A program made the position numbers and the translations under genes. A DNA stretch of 64,000 nucleotides from Octopus sinensis. Taxonomy: Eukaryota. Below, piece after piece: positions 51,794 through 64,000 of this stretch. Below the pieces are notes generated by a model. It did no database searches. It worked only from the letters and a program-made list of their open reading frames with translations, and was not told where the DNA came from. The stretch covers positions 201,376,001 to 201,440,000 of the forward strand of contig NC_042997.1 of the NCBI RefSeq assembly GCF_006345805.1, read 5' to 3'. Numbering within the stretch: the stretch's first letter is position 1; the number at the start of each line of letters is the position of its first letter.

Positions 51794-51839
51794 TCTAGGC
51801 CGATGAAGGACAATGATCCTGAAACACGGTGTCCCTAGA
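51794..51839 (+). ncRNA. Type I hammerhead ribozyme motif (U4C core variant)
   Basis: tctagg-CCGATGA-AGGA-caatga-TCCT-GAAA-CA-cgg-TG-TC-cctaga: 6-bp stem I, 4-bp stem II, 3-bp stem III, GUC triplet. Confidence 0.8.
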
Positions 51840-52005
51840 TGCAGTTCCAGCAGTTGGGGGTGTTTGTCTCCCCTTCGTATGTGTATATAAAGACACAGGA
51901 TAAAATGTGTCGAAGCTGTCAGGAGGCGTTCGATGCCTCCTAGGGCTATATAACGGTGGTGTACCCCCTACTGTCACGTTCTTGTTAGATTGACAGTATA
52001 CAACC

Positions 52006-52063
<58 letters not shown>

Positions 52064-52067
<4 letters not shown>

Positions 52068-52342
52068 CAAAAAGGAGAACCTAATTCAAAGACTACAGAT
52101 CCAATAATCCATCACTGGAATGGTGGAAATCTGTAAAACTTTCCAGAAGTTTATCTTTCAAATATATATGAGCATGTCTATATGTGCAACTATATGCATG
52201 AGAATACATACATAAGACGTACAAATCTGTACATACATACATAAAAAAATTACACAGTTGTTGATGTTGAAATTCCAATGAAGGAGCCTTGGATCTAGGT
52301 TAGAAACCGGTTCTTTCTCTATTGGCAAGAAATCTTGAAATA
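52064..52342 (+). mobile_element. 3' end of RLE LINE family B (other copy 54362-54982, minus)
   Basis: LIQRLQIQ..ITG..ICKTFQKF* C-terminus; 3' UTR stem-loop ccaatgaaggagcc...gg.tctttctctattgg; ends in CATA repeats. Confidence 0.75.
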
Positions 52343-52623
52343 AACTGAATAATGACATACATGTGTACTTTCATACCAGATTCCCATATCCTTCTTCGTA
52401 TGCGGAATGAAAACTTCTTATGACGGCACCAAATTGTCACATTATCTCTGAATTTTTAGGCATGAATAACACAAGAAAAACCAGTCAAATATAAATATAG
52501 AGATATTTCGTCTGACATAAACATTTCTGTGCATTTTGCTTCTATTATATTTCTCACAACAATTCACAATGATAAAAAAAATATTGTATTGAAATTTTTC
52601 ATAAAATATATATATACCTATAT

Positions 52624-52668
<45 letters not shown>

Positions 52669-52737
52669 AATATAGATATAGATATAGATAAATATATACA
52701 CACATACATATATATATATGTACACACACACACACAC

Positions 52738-52777
<40 letters not shown>

Positions 52778-52965
52778 TAGGGAGAATTCACAAAAAAAAA
52801 CAAAAGACAAAGATAGGTGGTTGTAGACAACAAACAGATGTATTAGTATAACGCCAGGGAAGTGAAAAAGTCTTTAAAGTTTCGAGCCTACGCTCTTCCA
52901 CAGAAAGGAACACAGAAAGAAACAAGGAGAGAAAATAAAGAATGTGTAGTGGCTAGTGATCTATT
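52778..52965 (-). mobile_element. Short PLE-like repeat with an HHR-derived motif (second copy 58720-58892, plus)
   Basis: cttt-CTGTGGA-A-GAGC-gtag-GCTC-GAAAC-TTT-aaag at 52872-52907 (minus); cttt-TTGTTGA-A-GAGC-atag-GCTC-GAAAC-ATA-aaag at 58763-58798. Confidence 0.55.
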
Positions 52966-53470
52966 ATGGTGGTGTGTGGTATATATATATAATGTATGTA
53001 TGTATGTATATGTATGTATACATATATGTCGTCGTCAACATCATCATCATCATCATCTTTAACATCCGTTTTCCATGCTGGCATGGGTTGGACGGTTCGA
53101 CTGGGGTCTGGGAAGCCAGGAGGCTGCACCAGGCCCCAATCTGATCAGGCAGTGTTTCTACAGCTGGATACCCTTCATAATGCCAACCACTCTGAGAGTA
53201 TAGTGGGTGCTTTTTATGTGCCATCAGCACAAGGGGCCAGAGGAGCTGGCATTGACCACAATCGGATGACCTCTTAAAAATATGGCATTTCCCCCTCCAT
53301 ATTTTTAAGACGTCATGGGTCAACAAGTTTTTTGGGATCTGACAATATGCCTCAAAGCTAACCCCTTTATGAATGGGAAACCTAAGCTAATCCCATAAAC
53401 TGGCCTTCCCCAATTTTAATATATACTGCTCCACATTTTAGAGTATGCTTCTATTTATGTTTTTTACAAA

Positions 53471-53523
<53 letters not shown>

Positions 53524-53530
53524 TTAGTTT

Positions 53531-53584
<54 letters not shown>

Positions 53585-54509
53585 TATATATAAAAAATAC
53601 AAAATGGGACAAGAACGCAAAAAACACAAAGAGACGACACAAAGAACGGACGAGTCATTCGAAGCCTCTAATCTTCAGTCAGGAACCGGATCGTCCTAGC
53701 AAATTTCGGCTGATTAATCCTGATATCGCTCAGATCCGGCCAGCCCCAAGGAAAAACTAAGCTGCGAGCATTAGATTTCTTGGAAAAGGGATCGAATGTA
53801 TACAAGGACAGAAAAATAGACGATGCCACACGAATATAAATACAAAAAAACAAGAATGGTAATAATGGGACAAAAACAGCGGGTGTTATACGACTTTAGA
53901 CAATTGAACTTATCTTAGCGGGCATGTGCGTGTGTGTGTGTGCGTAAAACAACTCTGTTATGTCTGCTAGTACTATGACTCCACCACTACCATTCAGCTC
54001 CCATGGTTAATAACCATTCCTTAATTTCTACATTACTAGTAAGAAACAAAAGACAAAGGCCATTATTAAAACAGTTACATAAATATTGTAACCCAGTAGT
54101 AATCAGAAGAAGACCAATGACCAGCACCATTTGTAAGAAAAACATGTAAAGTTCCTAAAAATTGATATCATGAAAAGGTAATTGAATTTGTTTCAATTTA
54201 TTTTCCCTTCTCAAGTGACATAACTAAATTACCTTCAACGATTGAAACCAGTCACATATTTTGAGGAATATGTAAATATTTTCTTTTATTCATGATAATT
54301 TCTCGAAAGAGTTTCTTTTTGTTTTTATGTGTATACGTATACATGTATCTATATATGTATGTATGTTATCATTCAGGTTTATTTTAAGATTTCTCGCCAA
54401 TAGAGAAAGAGCCGGTTTCTAACCTAGATCCAAGGCTCCTTCATTGGAATTTCAACATGAACAACAGGGTATTTTTGTTTGTATGTATGTATGTATATTT
54501 GTATGTATG

Positions 54510-54544
<35 letters not shown>

Positions 54545-54691
54545 GTATGTATGTATGTATGTATGTATGTATGTATGTATGTATGTATGTATGTACGTAC
54601 GTATGTATGTATGTATGTATGCATACATGTACTTATATATGTATATATGTATGTATGTATGTATGTAAGTATGTATGCATGTATCTATCTA

Positions 54692-54726
<35 letters not shown>

Positions 54727-54989
54727 TTCTATGTATGTATATATGTATGTATGTTCAAATTTGTATGTTTTATGTATGTATTCTCATGCATATAGTTGCA
54801 TATCTAGACTTGCTCATATATATTTAAATGATAAACTTCTGGGAAGTTTTACACATTTTTACAGTTCCAGTAATGGATTGGATCTGTAGTCGATGAATTA
54901 ACTTTCTTCTTTCTAGTTTTTAATAAAACTAATTTATCAAAGTTGGTATTTAGTCTGTTACATATCACAGGGCCCCAATAAATACATAC

Positions 54990-55482
54990 ATATCCATTGA
55001 AGCAACAAGTTGCGTATTTGGCATGGGAGACTATCAAAAATACGATACTATCTCAAACTTTGGAGCCACAACTGTCAGCCTTGTTAAATAACTAGTTAAT
55101 CTTAAGATGAATTAACTGAGGGAGTCTTTTATTCGTGATCGTAATGATTTTCATTTAAAACTTGAATTTAGCATGCAGAGAGTTACTACAAACAACATGG
55201 CAGGACACAACATCAACAACAACACAGTTGAAGAACAGAACGAAAACAACAGCTCAAACAGGTGAACAAATTCTTTCTAGCTGTAATTACAGAAGAAACC
55301 GTAACTACAAAACTCATTTCTCTTGGAGTTATGAATTGAATAATGATCTATTTAACGGCTAGGAAAAAGTGAAACAAAACCCCACTGTTGACTATATAAA
55401 TCGATTGAAATCATATAAGGTTGATCTGCATTCGAAAATATATCATTTTACTATAAAGCAACTATGCCAACAAGCAGCATTT
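54990..55482 (+). mobile_element. Probable 5' UTR and N-terminal relic of an R4/Dong-like LINE
   Basis: FSWSYELNNDLF*...VDYINRLK...YHFTIKQLCQQA resembles R4-clade N-terminal regions; preceded by atacatacata. Confidence 0.45.
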
Positions 55483-55484
55483 TT

Positions 55485-56420
55485 ATGTATGTATGTATGT
55501 AAGTATGTATGCATGTATGTATGTACGTATGTATCCCTCTATCTGTCTATGTATATATGTGCAAATTTTTATGTATTGTTTTATGTATGTCTTCTTATGT
55601 ATATACTTGCATATTTAGACATGTTCATATATACTTAAAGGATAAACTTCTGGAAGGTTTTATAGATTTTACAATTCCAGTGATGGCTTGAAACTATAGT
55701 TTTCGAATTAGCTTTCTCCTTTCTGGTTTTGAGAAGCCTAATTTCTCAAGATTGGTATTTAGGCAGTGTGTTACATATCCAGTGCCCCAATAATTGCAGG
55801 TATAAACCTGAACTTGTAATCTGGATAGAGTAACTGCAGATTTCTCAATAGTTCAGTATAAGTATTCTCTTTTTCACTGATCCCCAGCTTTATGTTAACA
55901 TCTGCTGATCAGCTGATTTGCCCAACTGTGCACAGTTTCTCTTCTCTATCCCAAATCACTATGTCAGGTCTGTTATACTTACATTTTATTGAGGTTTTCA
56001 CTGGAACATTCCACCAGTATTATGAGTAGCTACGGCTTCTACCATACTGTGGGTTCTTATTTCTTTATCCTTGGAGTTATCCTTTTGATGGATTTCATTA
56101 TAGAGTGTCCTAACTACAACATCATGTCTCATTGGTAGATAATACTGTGATGCTTATGATGTGGGTGATATCTTTGGCATAATCTCTACAAAGTCTGCAT
56201 CGTTTGTCACATTTTACTGCTTTTCCTGCATCTCTATTACTTTTGTGTATCAGGTACTTGATTGATATTTCCTGTTCCAGCATTGCAAATATACTCTCCA
56301 AAGTAGGAGGTAGTAATCCAATTGTTGGCCCATGATAGACTGCTTTAATGTTCAACGTTACTATCATCTCTGAGCTTTCTACTAACATATCCATGCATGC
56401 CCTTCTGCTCATATACGCTC
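55485..56420 (-). mobile_element. RLE LINE family B 3' relic (zinc knuckle plus RLE)
   Basis: CRLCRDYAKDITHIIS, KYNRPDIVIWD and YTELLRNLQLLYPDYKFRFIPAIIGAL. Confidence 0.85.
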
Positions 56421-58265
56421 ATCCTTTCATCTGATGGTATGTTGTGGTATTCATCTTTTCATCTGATGGTATGATGGTATGTTGTAGTAAGGCGGCAACC
56501 TGGCAGAAATGTTAGCATGCCATGTGAAATGTGTAGCCATATTTCGTCTGCCGTTACGTTCTGAGTTCAAATTCCGCCAAGGTCGACTTTGCCTTTCATC
56601 CTTTCGGGGTCGATAAATTAAGCACCAGTTACGCACTGGGGTCGATGTAATCGACTTAATCCATTTGTCTGTCCTTGTTTGTCCTCTCTGTGTTTAGCCC
56701 CTTGTGGGTAGTAAAGAAATAAGTATGTTGTGGTATTAAGGTTATCAGACAAGGAATGCTACTCAAGGAGCTGCCTTCCAAGTCTCATGGTATTATCAGC
56801 CTCGTGAATGAAAACTTGGTCAAGGGATGCACTTCGGCTCTTTATAGTTAAAAGATGTTATTGAAGGGATATGATACAAGATTCAAAGGCATTTTGGATC
56901 AATGTTGCGCCTGTTGCCTTATTTGCATTTTACATAGAGGTAGTCTACATCACTGTTGATGTGGAAATTCTCTGCTTGTCAGGATCTTCCAGGTTTTCAC
57001 ACCAAGGACTTGCACTGCATCAAGCATCCAATCAAGCAGACCAAATATTGATATGAGTATTGTATGGATGTATGTATGTATGCATGTATGCATATATATA
57101 TGCTCTTTTACTTTCTTACACGCTTCAGTTATTTGACTGCGGTCATGCTGGAGCACCACCTTTAGTCAAAGAAATCGACCCCAGGACTTATTCTTTGTAA
57201 GCCTAGTACTTATTCTATTGGTCTCTTTTGCCAAATAGCTAAGTTTCAAGAACATAAACACAACAACATAGGTTGTGAAGTAATGGTTGGGGGACAAACA
57301 CAGACACAAAGACACACACACATAAATATATAGACATATATACATATATATATATGACAGGCTTCTTTCAGTTTCCATCTACCAAATCCACTCACAAGGC
57401 TTTGATTGGCCCGAGACTATAGTAGAAGACATTTGCCCAAGGTGTCACACAGTGGGACTGAGATTGGAACCATGTGGTTGGGAAGCAAGCTTCTTACCAC
57501 AGAGCCACACCTGTATAAGTATAATTATACTCATCATCATCTCACCTAATGTTTGCTTTCCATGCTGGCATGGGTCAGACAGTCTGACAGGAGCTGGTAA
57601 ATTTGGGAGCTGTATCAGTCTCCATTGTTTGTTTTGGCATGGATTCTGCAGCTAGAGGCTTTCAGAGTGTATTGAATACTTTTTACATGGCACCAGTCCT
57701 GGTGCCTTTTGTGTGGCACCATCACCAACAAAGTTACCAAATACCCAGCAAGACAAAACCCCTCAAATAGGAGGAGGAGTAGTATTGCAGGAGGATGGCT
57801 TTGAGCCAGTTGAGAGATTAAAGGTACAAAGGGACAGTGATAGGAGTATTGCTGTAGATATACGGATTACCCGGTTGGAAAAGGAAAGGAGAGTGAGTTG
57901 GAGAGTAAGATAAGGAGAGCAGTAAAATAGTTGGCATTAGGAAGAGCATCCAGCCATAGAAACCAAACTAAAACAGACAAGGGAACCTGGTGTAGCACTC
58001 TGGCTTGCCGGATCCTCTCAAACCATCCAACCCATGACAGCATGGAAAGCGGACGTTAAATGATGATGATGACGATGATGATGTTGATATATATATAATG
58101 AGAGACACTGAAGACAGAAGATAAGAGAATGTTTATTGATCACATTCTCATATCTTCCATCTTCCGTCTCCCTCATTAATTACATACATAACGAACACTA
58201 AGCCAGTGAACGTGCTTTACTGGTAAGGTACTAGGTGTATACCATACGATTTATTAACTAATAAT

Positions 58266-58300
<35 letters not shown>

Positions 58301-58901
58301 CATACATACTAATAACATATTATATATATATATATACATACTAATAATACAGATATAGATATATAGATATATAGATACATAAGCGTGGCTGTGTGGTAAG
58401 AAGCCTGCTCATGAAATTAATGTGTAGGTGGTTGAGTACTCCATGGACGTGTACCTTTAACATAGTTCTGAGGCAGGTTCAGTGTGACACAGAGTGTGAC
58501 AAGGCTGGCCCCTTGAAATACAGGTACAACTCATTTATACCAGCTGAGTGCACAGGAGCAATTTGAAAATAAGGTGTCTTGCTCAAGGACACAACACATC
58601 GCTGGGAATTGTACTCACGACCATATCGTTGTGAGCTGAATATCTCAACCACTAAGCCACGTGCCTCACACACACACACACACACACACAGACATCCGCC
58701 ATGATTGATCACTAAAAATCCATGAGTTTTTTAATTCTCTCTCTGTTTATTTGCTCATATTCCTTTTTGTTGAAGAGCATAGGCTCGAAACATAAAAGAC
58801 CTTCTTACTTTCCCGATCATCAAACTAATTCACCTGCTTATTGCTCATACACCTGTCTTTATCTTTTGTTTTTCTGTAAATTTCAACTATATATGCATTT
58901 G

Positions 58902-58959
58902 GAGTTCTATATTTAAGAGATGAGGAATTATGTACATTATTTGCATTATTTACATTTGA

Positions 58960-59010
<51 letters not shown>

Positions 59011-59012
59011 TG

Positions 59013-59051
<39 letters not shown>

Positions 59052-59238
59052 TTAATAATAATAATAATAATATAATAATAATAACATCAAAAAATATCTT
59101 AGGAATGAGAACCCAAGTTCGAAATTTCCCTAAGACACTTGATGACGGCTGGAGGGTATATCAGCCGAAACGTTGTGTTAACAACAGACAAGATGAGGAC
59201 AAATATCCGTCAAATGTAAATAATGTAAATAATGTATA
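58902..59238 (+). mobile_element. Best-preserved copy of the HHR-tailed short element, with an inverted terminal segment
   Basis: gacac-TTGATGA-CGGCTG-loop-CAGCC-GAAA-CGTT-GTGTT at 59134-59179; 58931-58960 is inverted relative to 59209-59238. Confidence 0.7.
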
Positions 59239-60459
59239 TATACATATGTACATACATGCATATATATACGTACATACACACCTATATATATATGTACATA
59301 CACGCACATACAATAGCTTTACCAATCCCCCAGCTTCCGCCTCCCAAATCCACTCACAAGGCTTTGGTCAGCCTTACCCAAGGTGCCACACATTGGAACT
59401 GAACCCAAAACCACATGCCAGGGAAGCAACCATTTTAACCGCACTGCCACATCTGTTCCTACCGTTCATAATATTTGTTTGTTCCTTCTCGAGCCATGCC
59501 TAGCTCATAGGGCCGGTTTCCCAGTTTCCCTACTAACGCCAACCACTCTGGGAGTGTAGTGGGTGCTTTTTATGTGTCACTGGCACAAGGGCCCGTCAGG
59601 CAGCACTGGCAATGACCATCCTCGAATGGTGCTTTTTACATGCCACCACCTGGGAGCCAGTCAGGCGGCATTGGCATCGATCCATGCATGAATGATGTTT
59701 TTTGCGTACCACCAGCACGGGTGCCAGTCAGGTGGCACTAGCATCGGCCACAATTACAATTTCTGTGTAAAAGTTTGCATATGTATATTGTTGTATGTAT
59801 GTGTGTGTATATATTTGTATGCAGAGCAAACTATATGTCTCTCTTCCAGAAAGTTGTGGTGAAAGAGTCAGCAGAAGTTCACCATTACCTTCTGCCAGAT
59901 CTGCATGGAGCTTAGGCGTTTCGCTCATAAAAACACACATCGCCCAGTCTGAGATTCAAACCCGCGATCCCCCAACTGCAAGTCTGCTGCTCTAACCACT
60001 AGGCCATATGCCTCCACTTCATAATATTTAGCTTCTCTTATTTTTAATGCCTAATATTTGTGAAAACACTTTATTTGCAGGTTATATAAAATCTGTATTT
60101 GTCGCAAGTCTACTTTCAACTTTGATAATAGAGCAGAAAATAATTCTCAACAACAATAAACTATCGGAAAGCAGGATATCAACTAGAGATATTCTATATG
60201 TCGTATCAGCAGTAAAACCACCGACAGAAGCTGGAAATATTTTCTTTCCAATTTAGAAAAGTTCAGCAGAATAAATATGATATGATGCTGGCAGGACTTG
60301 AGATCCATTTAAACCTGTAAAGTGTCTGTCCTATAATAAAATGGAAATTAATCTGGGCCATTATGGTTTTATTTCCTGCTCACGTTAAATGTTATTACAC
60401 TTTGAAGAATATCATAAACTTTGATTGAAAACTAAATTATTTTTACCCATTCAAGATGT

Positions 60460-61435
60460 AGATGTGTGTGTGTGTGTGTGTGTTTGCATAGAAATTTGTA
60501 AGTCTTTGTGTATGTATGTGTTTGTGTACATATGTGTTTGTGTATGTGTGTGTGTGTGTGTGTATAAGTGTTTGTGTATGTGTGTGTGTGTGTGTGTATA
60601 AGTGTTTGTGTGTGTGTGTGTGTGTAAGTGTTTGTGTGTGCATGTGGGTGTTTGTGTGTGTGTATGTATGTGTGTGTGCACATGCGTGCATATGTGTGTG
60701 TGTATGTGTTTGTGAGTATTTGCATGGAAATTTGTTTGTGTATGTGTTTGTGTGCGTATGTAAGTGTGTGTGTGTGTGTTTGCATAGAAATTTGCAAGTC
60801 TTTGTGCATGTATGTGTTTGTGTATATGTTCATGTGTGTGTGTAAGTGTGTGTGTGTGTGTAAGTGTTTGTGTGTGCATGTGTGTGTATGTGTGTGTACA
60901 CGTGTGCATGTGTGCATGTATGTGTTTGTGAGTGCATGGAAATTTGTGTTTGTGTTTGTGTGGTGTGTGCGTGTGAGTGCGTGTTTGTGTGTGTAAGTGT
61001 TGCTGTGCACATGTAGGTGTTTGTATGTGTGTGTTTGAGTGTGTGTGTGTGTGTTTGAATAAAAATTTGTAAGTCTTTGTGTGTGTGTGTGTGTGTGTAC
61101 ATATGTGTTTGTGTATGTGTTCATGTGTGTGTGTGTGTGTGTGTGTGTATTTAAGTGTTTGTGTGCACATGTGGGTGTTTGTGTTTGCTTGTCTGTGTGT
61201 ATAAGTGTTTGTGTGCGTATGTGGGTGTTTGCGTGTGTATGTGTGTACACACGTGCATGTGTGCATGTATGTGTTTGTGAGTGCATGGAAATTTGTGTTT
61301 GTGTATGTGTTTGTGTGTGTGTGTGTGCACATGCATGCATGCATTCGTGTGTGTGCATGGAAATTTGTAAGTGTTTGTGTATGTGTTTGTGTACGCATTC
61401 ATGTGTGTGTTTGTGTGTCGGTATATGCTTGTGCA
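60460..61435. repeat. Degenerate (TG)n field with a recurrent gcatRgaaatttg cassette
   Basis: About 7 copies of the cassette between 60486 and 61370. Confidence 0.9.
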
Positions 61436-62249
61436 CGGCGAGCTGGCAGAAACGTTAGCACGCCGGGCGAAATGCTTAGCGGTATTTCGTCTGCCGTTAC
61501 GTTGTGAGTTCAAATTCCACCGAGGTCCCTTTTACCTTTCATCCTTTCGGGGTCGATAAATTAAGTACCAGTTACACACTGGGGTCGATGTAATCGACTT
61601 AATACCTATGCCTGTCCTTGTTTGTCCACTCTGTGTTTAGTCCCTTGTGGGTAATAAAGAAATAGGTATATGTTTGTGTGGGTGGGTGTGCATGTGTGTT
61701 GCCATGCATGCATGCGTGTATGTATGTATGTAAGTGAATGTAAGTATGCACATATCTGTGTTCATGTCTCAGTGTCTATATGTGTCTAAGTGTATGTCTG
61801 TATATGCATGTGAATGTGCATGTGTGTATCAGTATCTCTGTGTATATGTTTATATACATGTCTGTATATGCATGTGAATATGCATGCATGCGTATGTATG
61901 GTGACATCATCATTATCATTGTTTAACGTCCGTTTTCCATGCTGGCATAGATTGGATGGTTTGACAGGGGACTGGCAAGCCGGGAGGCTGCACCAGGCTC
62001 CAGTCTGATCTGGCAAGTTGATTTTTATACGCATAACCCTTAGATGCACATGCATTTCGGTATTTAACGCAGCTGCATTTTGGCATCTCATTTCAGCAAA
62101 AAGGTGAAAGGTTACCTGCAATTTGGGTTTCAGTGATAAACCAGCATCTCTTGCAATATTTTATACTTTCATCCCCAAAATAAGTTTTCAGAATCTACCA
62201 TATAAAAAAAAATGACATTTGAAAAAAATTGCTTTTCTTTTGCGGTTCA

Positions 62250-62631
62250 TCTCTCTATATATAAACGGCAGTTTGTCTGTGCGTGTTTCTGTGTGTCTGT
62301 TTGCTTGTACCCTCACCCCGACCACGGCTTTCAACCGATTCTGATGAAACTTGACACACACATAGCCCAATGTCATAATTCAAAACTAACGCAGCGAAAA
62401 TTTTGAAAAGTTTCCCCAGTTCTGAAAAAAATCGATAAATTCGACATGGGGTCGAGAATCGGAAACACGAACCACAGTCTAGGGGACGCAACTCCATCCT
62501 TTTTTGACTCTCAAAAAAATATTTACCATCATTTTTTTCCATTTTTTTGCTATTTTTTGGCTATAACTCTCTAAAAATGCTTTATAGTTATTTCCCTTAC
62601 AAACCTGAGCAACGCCGGGTGATACTGCTAG
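62250..62631 (+). mobile_element. Non-autonomous Helitron
   Basis: A|TCTCTCTATATATA start; 3' hairpin cctgagcaacgccggg plus CTAG|T end; 3' about 100 bp shared with the 49756 element. Confidence 0.85.
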
Positions 62632-62647
62632 TTGTATATAAGCATAT

Positions 62648-63460
62648 ATCATCATCATCATCATCACCATCATTTAACGTCTACTTTCCATGCTGGCATG
62701 GGTTGGACGGTTTGACAGGGGACTGGCAAGCCAGAAGGCTGCACCAGGCCCCAATCTGGTCTGGATGCCCTTCTTAATGCCAACCACTCTGAGAGTGAAG
62801 TAGGTGCTTTTTACGTGCCGCTGTCATGGGAGCCAGTCAGGCAGCACTGGTATTGGCCATATTCAGATGATGCTTTTTGTGTGCCACTCGCACGGGAGCC
62901 AGTGGGGCGGGGGGAAGGCTGGCATTGATCATGTGTGGATGGTGCTTTTTACATGCCACTCGCTTGGGGAGCCAGTCAGGTGACACTGGCATCGGCCACA
63001 ATTACAATTTCCGTATATAAGTTTGCATGTGTATATGTGTGAGTGTGTTGATGTGTTGCCAGTGCCTTTGTATATATGTATCATCATCATCATCATCCTC
63101 ATTGTTGTTTAATGTCTGCTTTCCATGCTGGCATGGGTTGGATGATTTGACTGAAGACTGGCAAGCTAGAAGGCTGCACCGGGCTCCAATCTGATCTGGC
63201 AAAGTTTCTACAGCTAGATGCCCTTCCTAACGCCAACCACTCCGAAAGTGTAGTGGGTGCTTTTTACGTGCCACCAGCACAGGGGCCAGCCAGGTGGCAC
63301 TGGAAACAACCATGTTCAAACGGTGCTTTTTAAATGCCACCGGCATGGGAGCCATTCAGGCGGCACTGGCATCAACCCATACATGAATGGTGCTTTTTGC
63401 ATGCCACCAGCACGGGGGGCCAGTCAGGTGGCACTGGCATCGGCCACAACTACAATTTCT
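62648..63460 (-). mobile_element. Two RTE 3' UTR fragments (further copies about 24965-25255, 31545-31900, 32293-32700, 48712-49020, 53030-53270)
   Basis: (CAT)n-tttaa.gtc..ctttccatgctggcatgggttgga...ggatgcccttc.taa.gccaaccactc. Confidence 0.85.
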
Positions 63461-63790
63461 GTGTAAAAGTTTGCATGTGTATATGTGTGTGTGTGTGTGT
63501 ATGCGTGTGTGTTGTTGTGTTTGAGTGTCAGTGCCTATGTATACATGTATGTGTGTGTGTGTGTATTTGTGTGCTGAGCAAACAATATGTCGCTCTTCCA
63601 ACTTTAAAAGTAAATAGGGTCTCAGAAAACTGTGATTCCTTTATTCTTTACCATTTCTTTTTTATGGAACTCAGTCACTGGAAAGTGAACATACTGGAGC
63701 ACTACCTTCATTGAAGAGAAAAATGTAATCTCCTGATTACATCATCATCATCAACATCACTATCATCATCACCATCATCATCACTATCGC

Positions 63791-63856
<66 letters not shown>

Positions 63857-64000
63857 CATCATTATGTTTTTATGTCAGCTTTTCCATGTCTGCATGGGTC
63901 AGATGGAATTCATTGTGGCAGACTTTCTACAGCTGGATACTTTTCCTGTCATCAATTCTCACCTGTTTCCAAATCCAGGTGCATGGCTTAGTGATTAGGG

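Noticed and set aside
53645-53790. Minus-strand GGCTG...CAGCC-GAAA with flanking cttag/ctagg
   Set aside because: The CUGANGA strand is missing; at most a PLE-like remnant
60047-60256. 69-aa ORF in unique sequence
   Set aside because: No recognisable domain or donor site; length compatible with chance
60432-61513. Long His/Thr-rich and Cys/Val-rich ORFs
   Set aside because: Degenerate (TG)n translations

Overview
AT-rich, microsatellite-saturated animal DNA, intronic or intergenic. The repeat families (RTE LINE with (CAT)n tails, tRNA-headed SINEs, Dong/R4-like RLE LINEs in (TAA)n) most resemble octopus/coleoid genomes, which is an inference from repeat content. No host protein-coding gene can be called with confidence: almost all ORFs in the track are simple-repeat translations or transposon relics (RTE, R4/Dong-like, mariner, piggyBac, Helitron, Tx1/L1). 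The main signal the ORF track misses is a set of minimal type I hammerhead ribozyme (HHR) motifs from several unrelated short repeat families inserted in (TA)n. They are concentrated at 46-53 kb, with more at 4.6, 8.3, 43 and 59 kb. One sits in both arms of a near-perfect 319-bp palindrome, one has a very long stem II, one has a U4C core, and one family fuses a tRNA-derived Pol III head to an HHR-bearing tail. These look like Penelope-like-element (PLE) or retrozyme-type non-autonomous elements. The window also has several long fold-backs, microsatellite-specific LINE targeting, nested insertions and a few weak exon candidates. All alignments and folds were done by eye.
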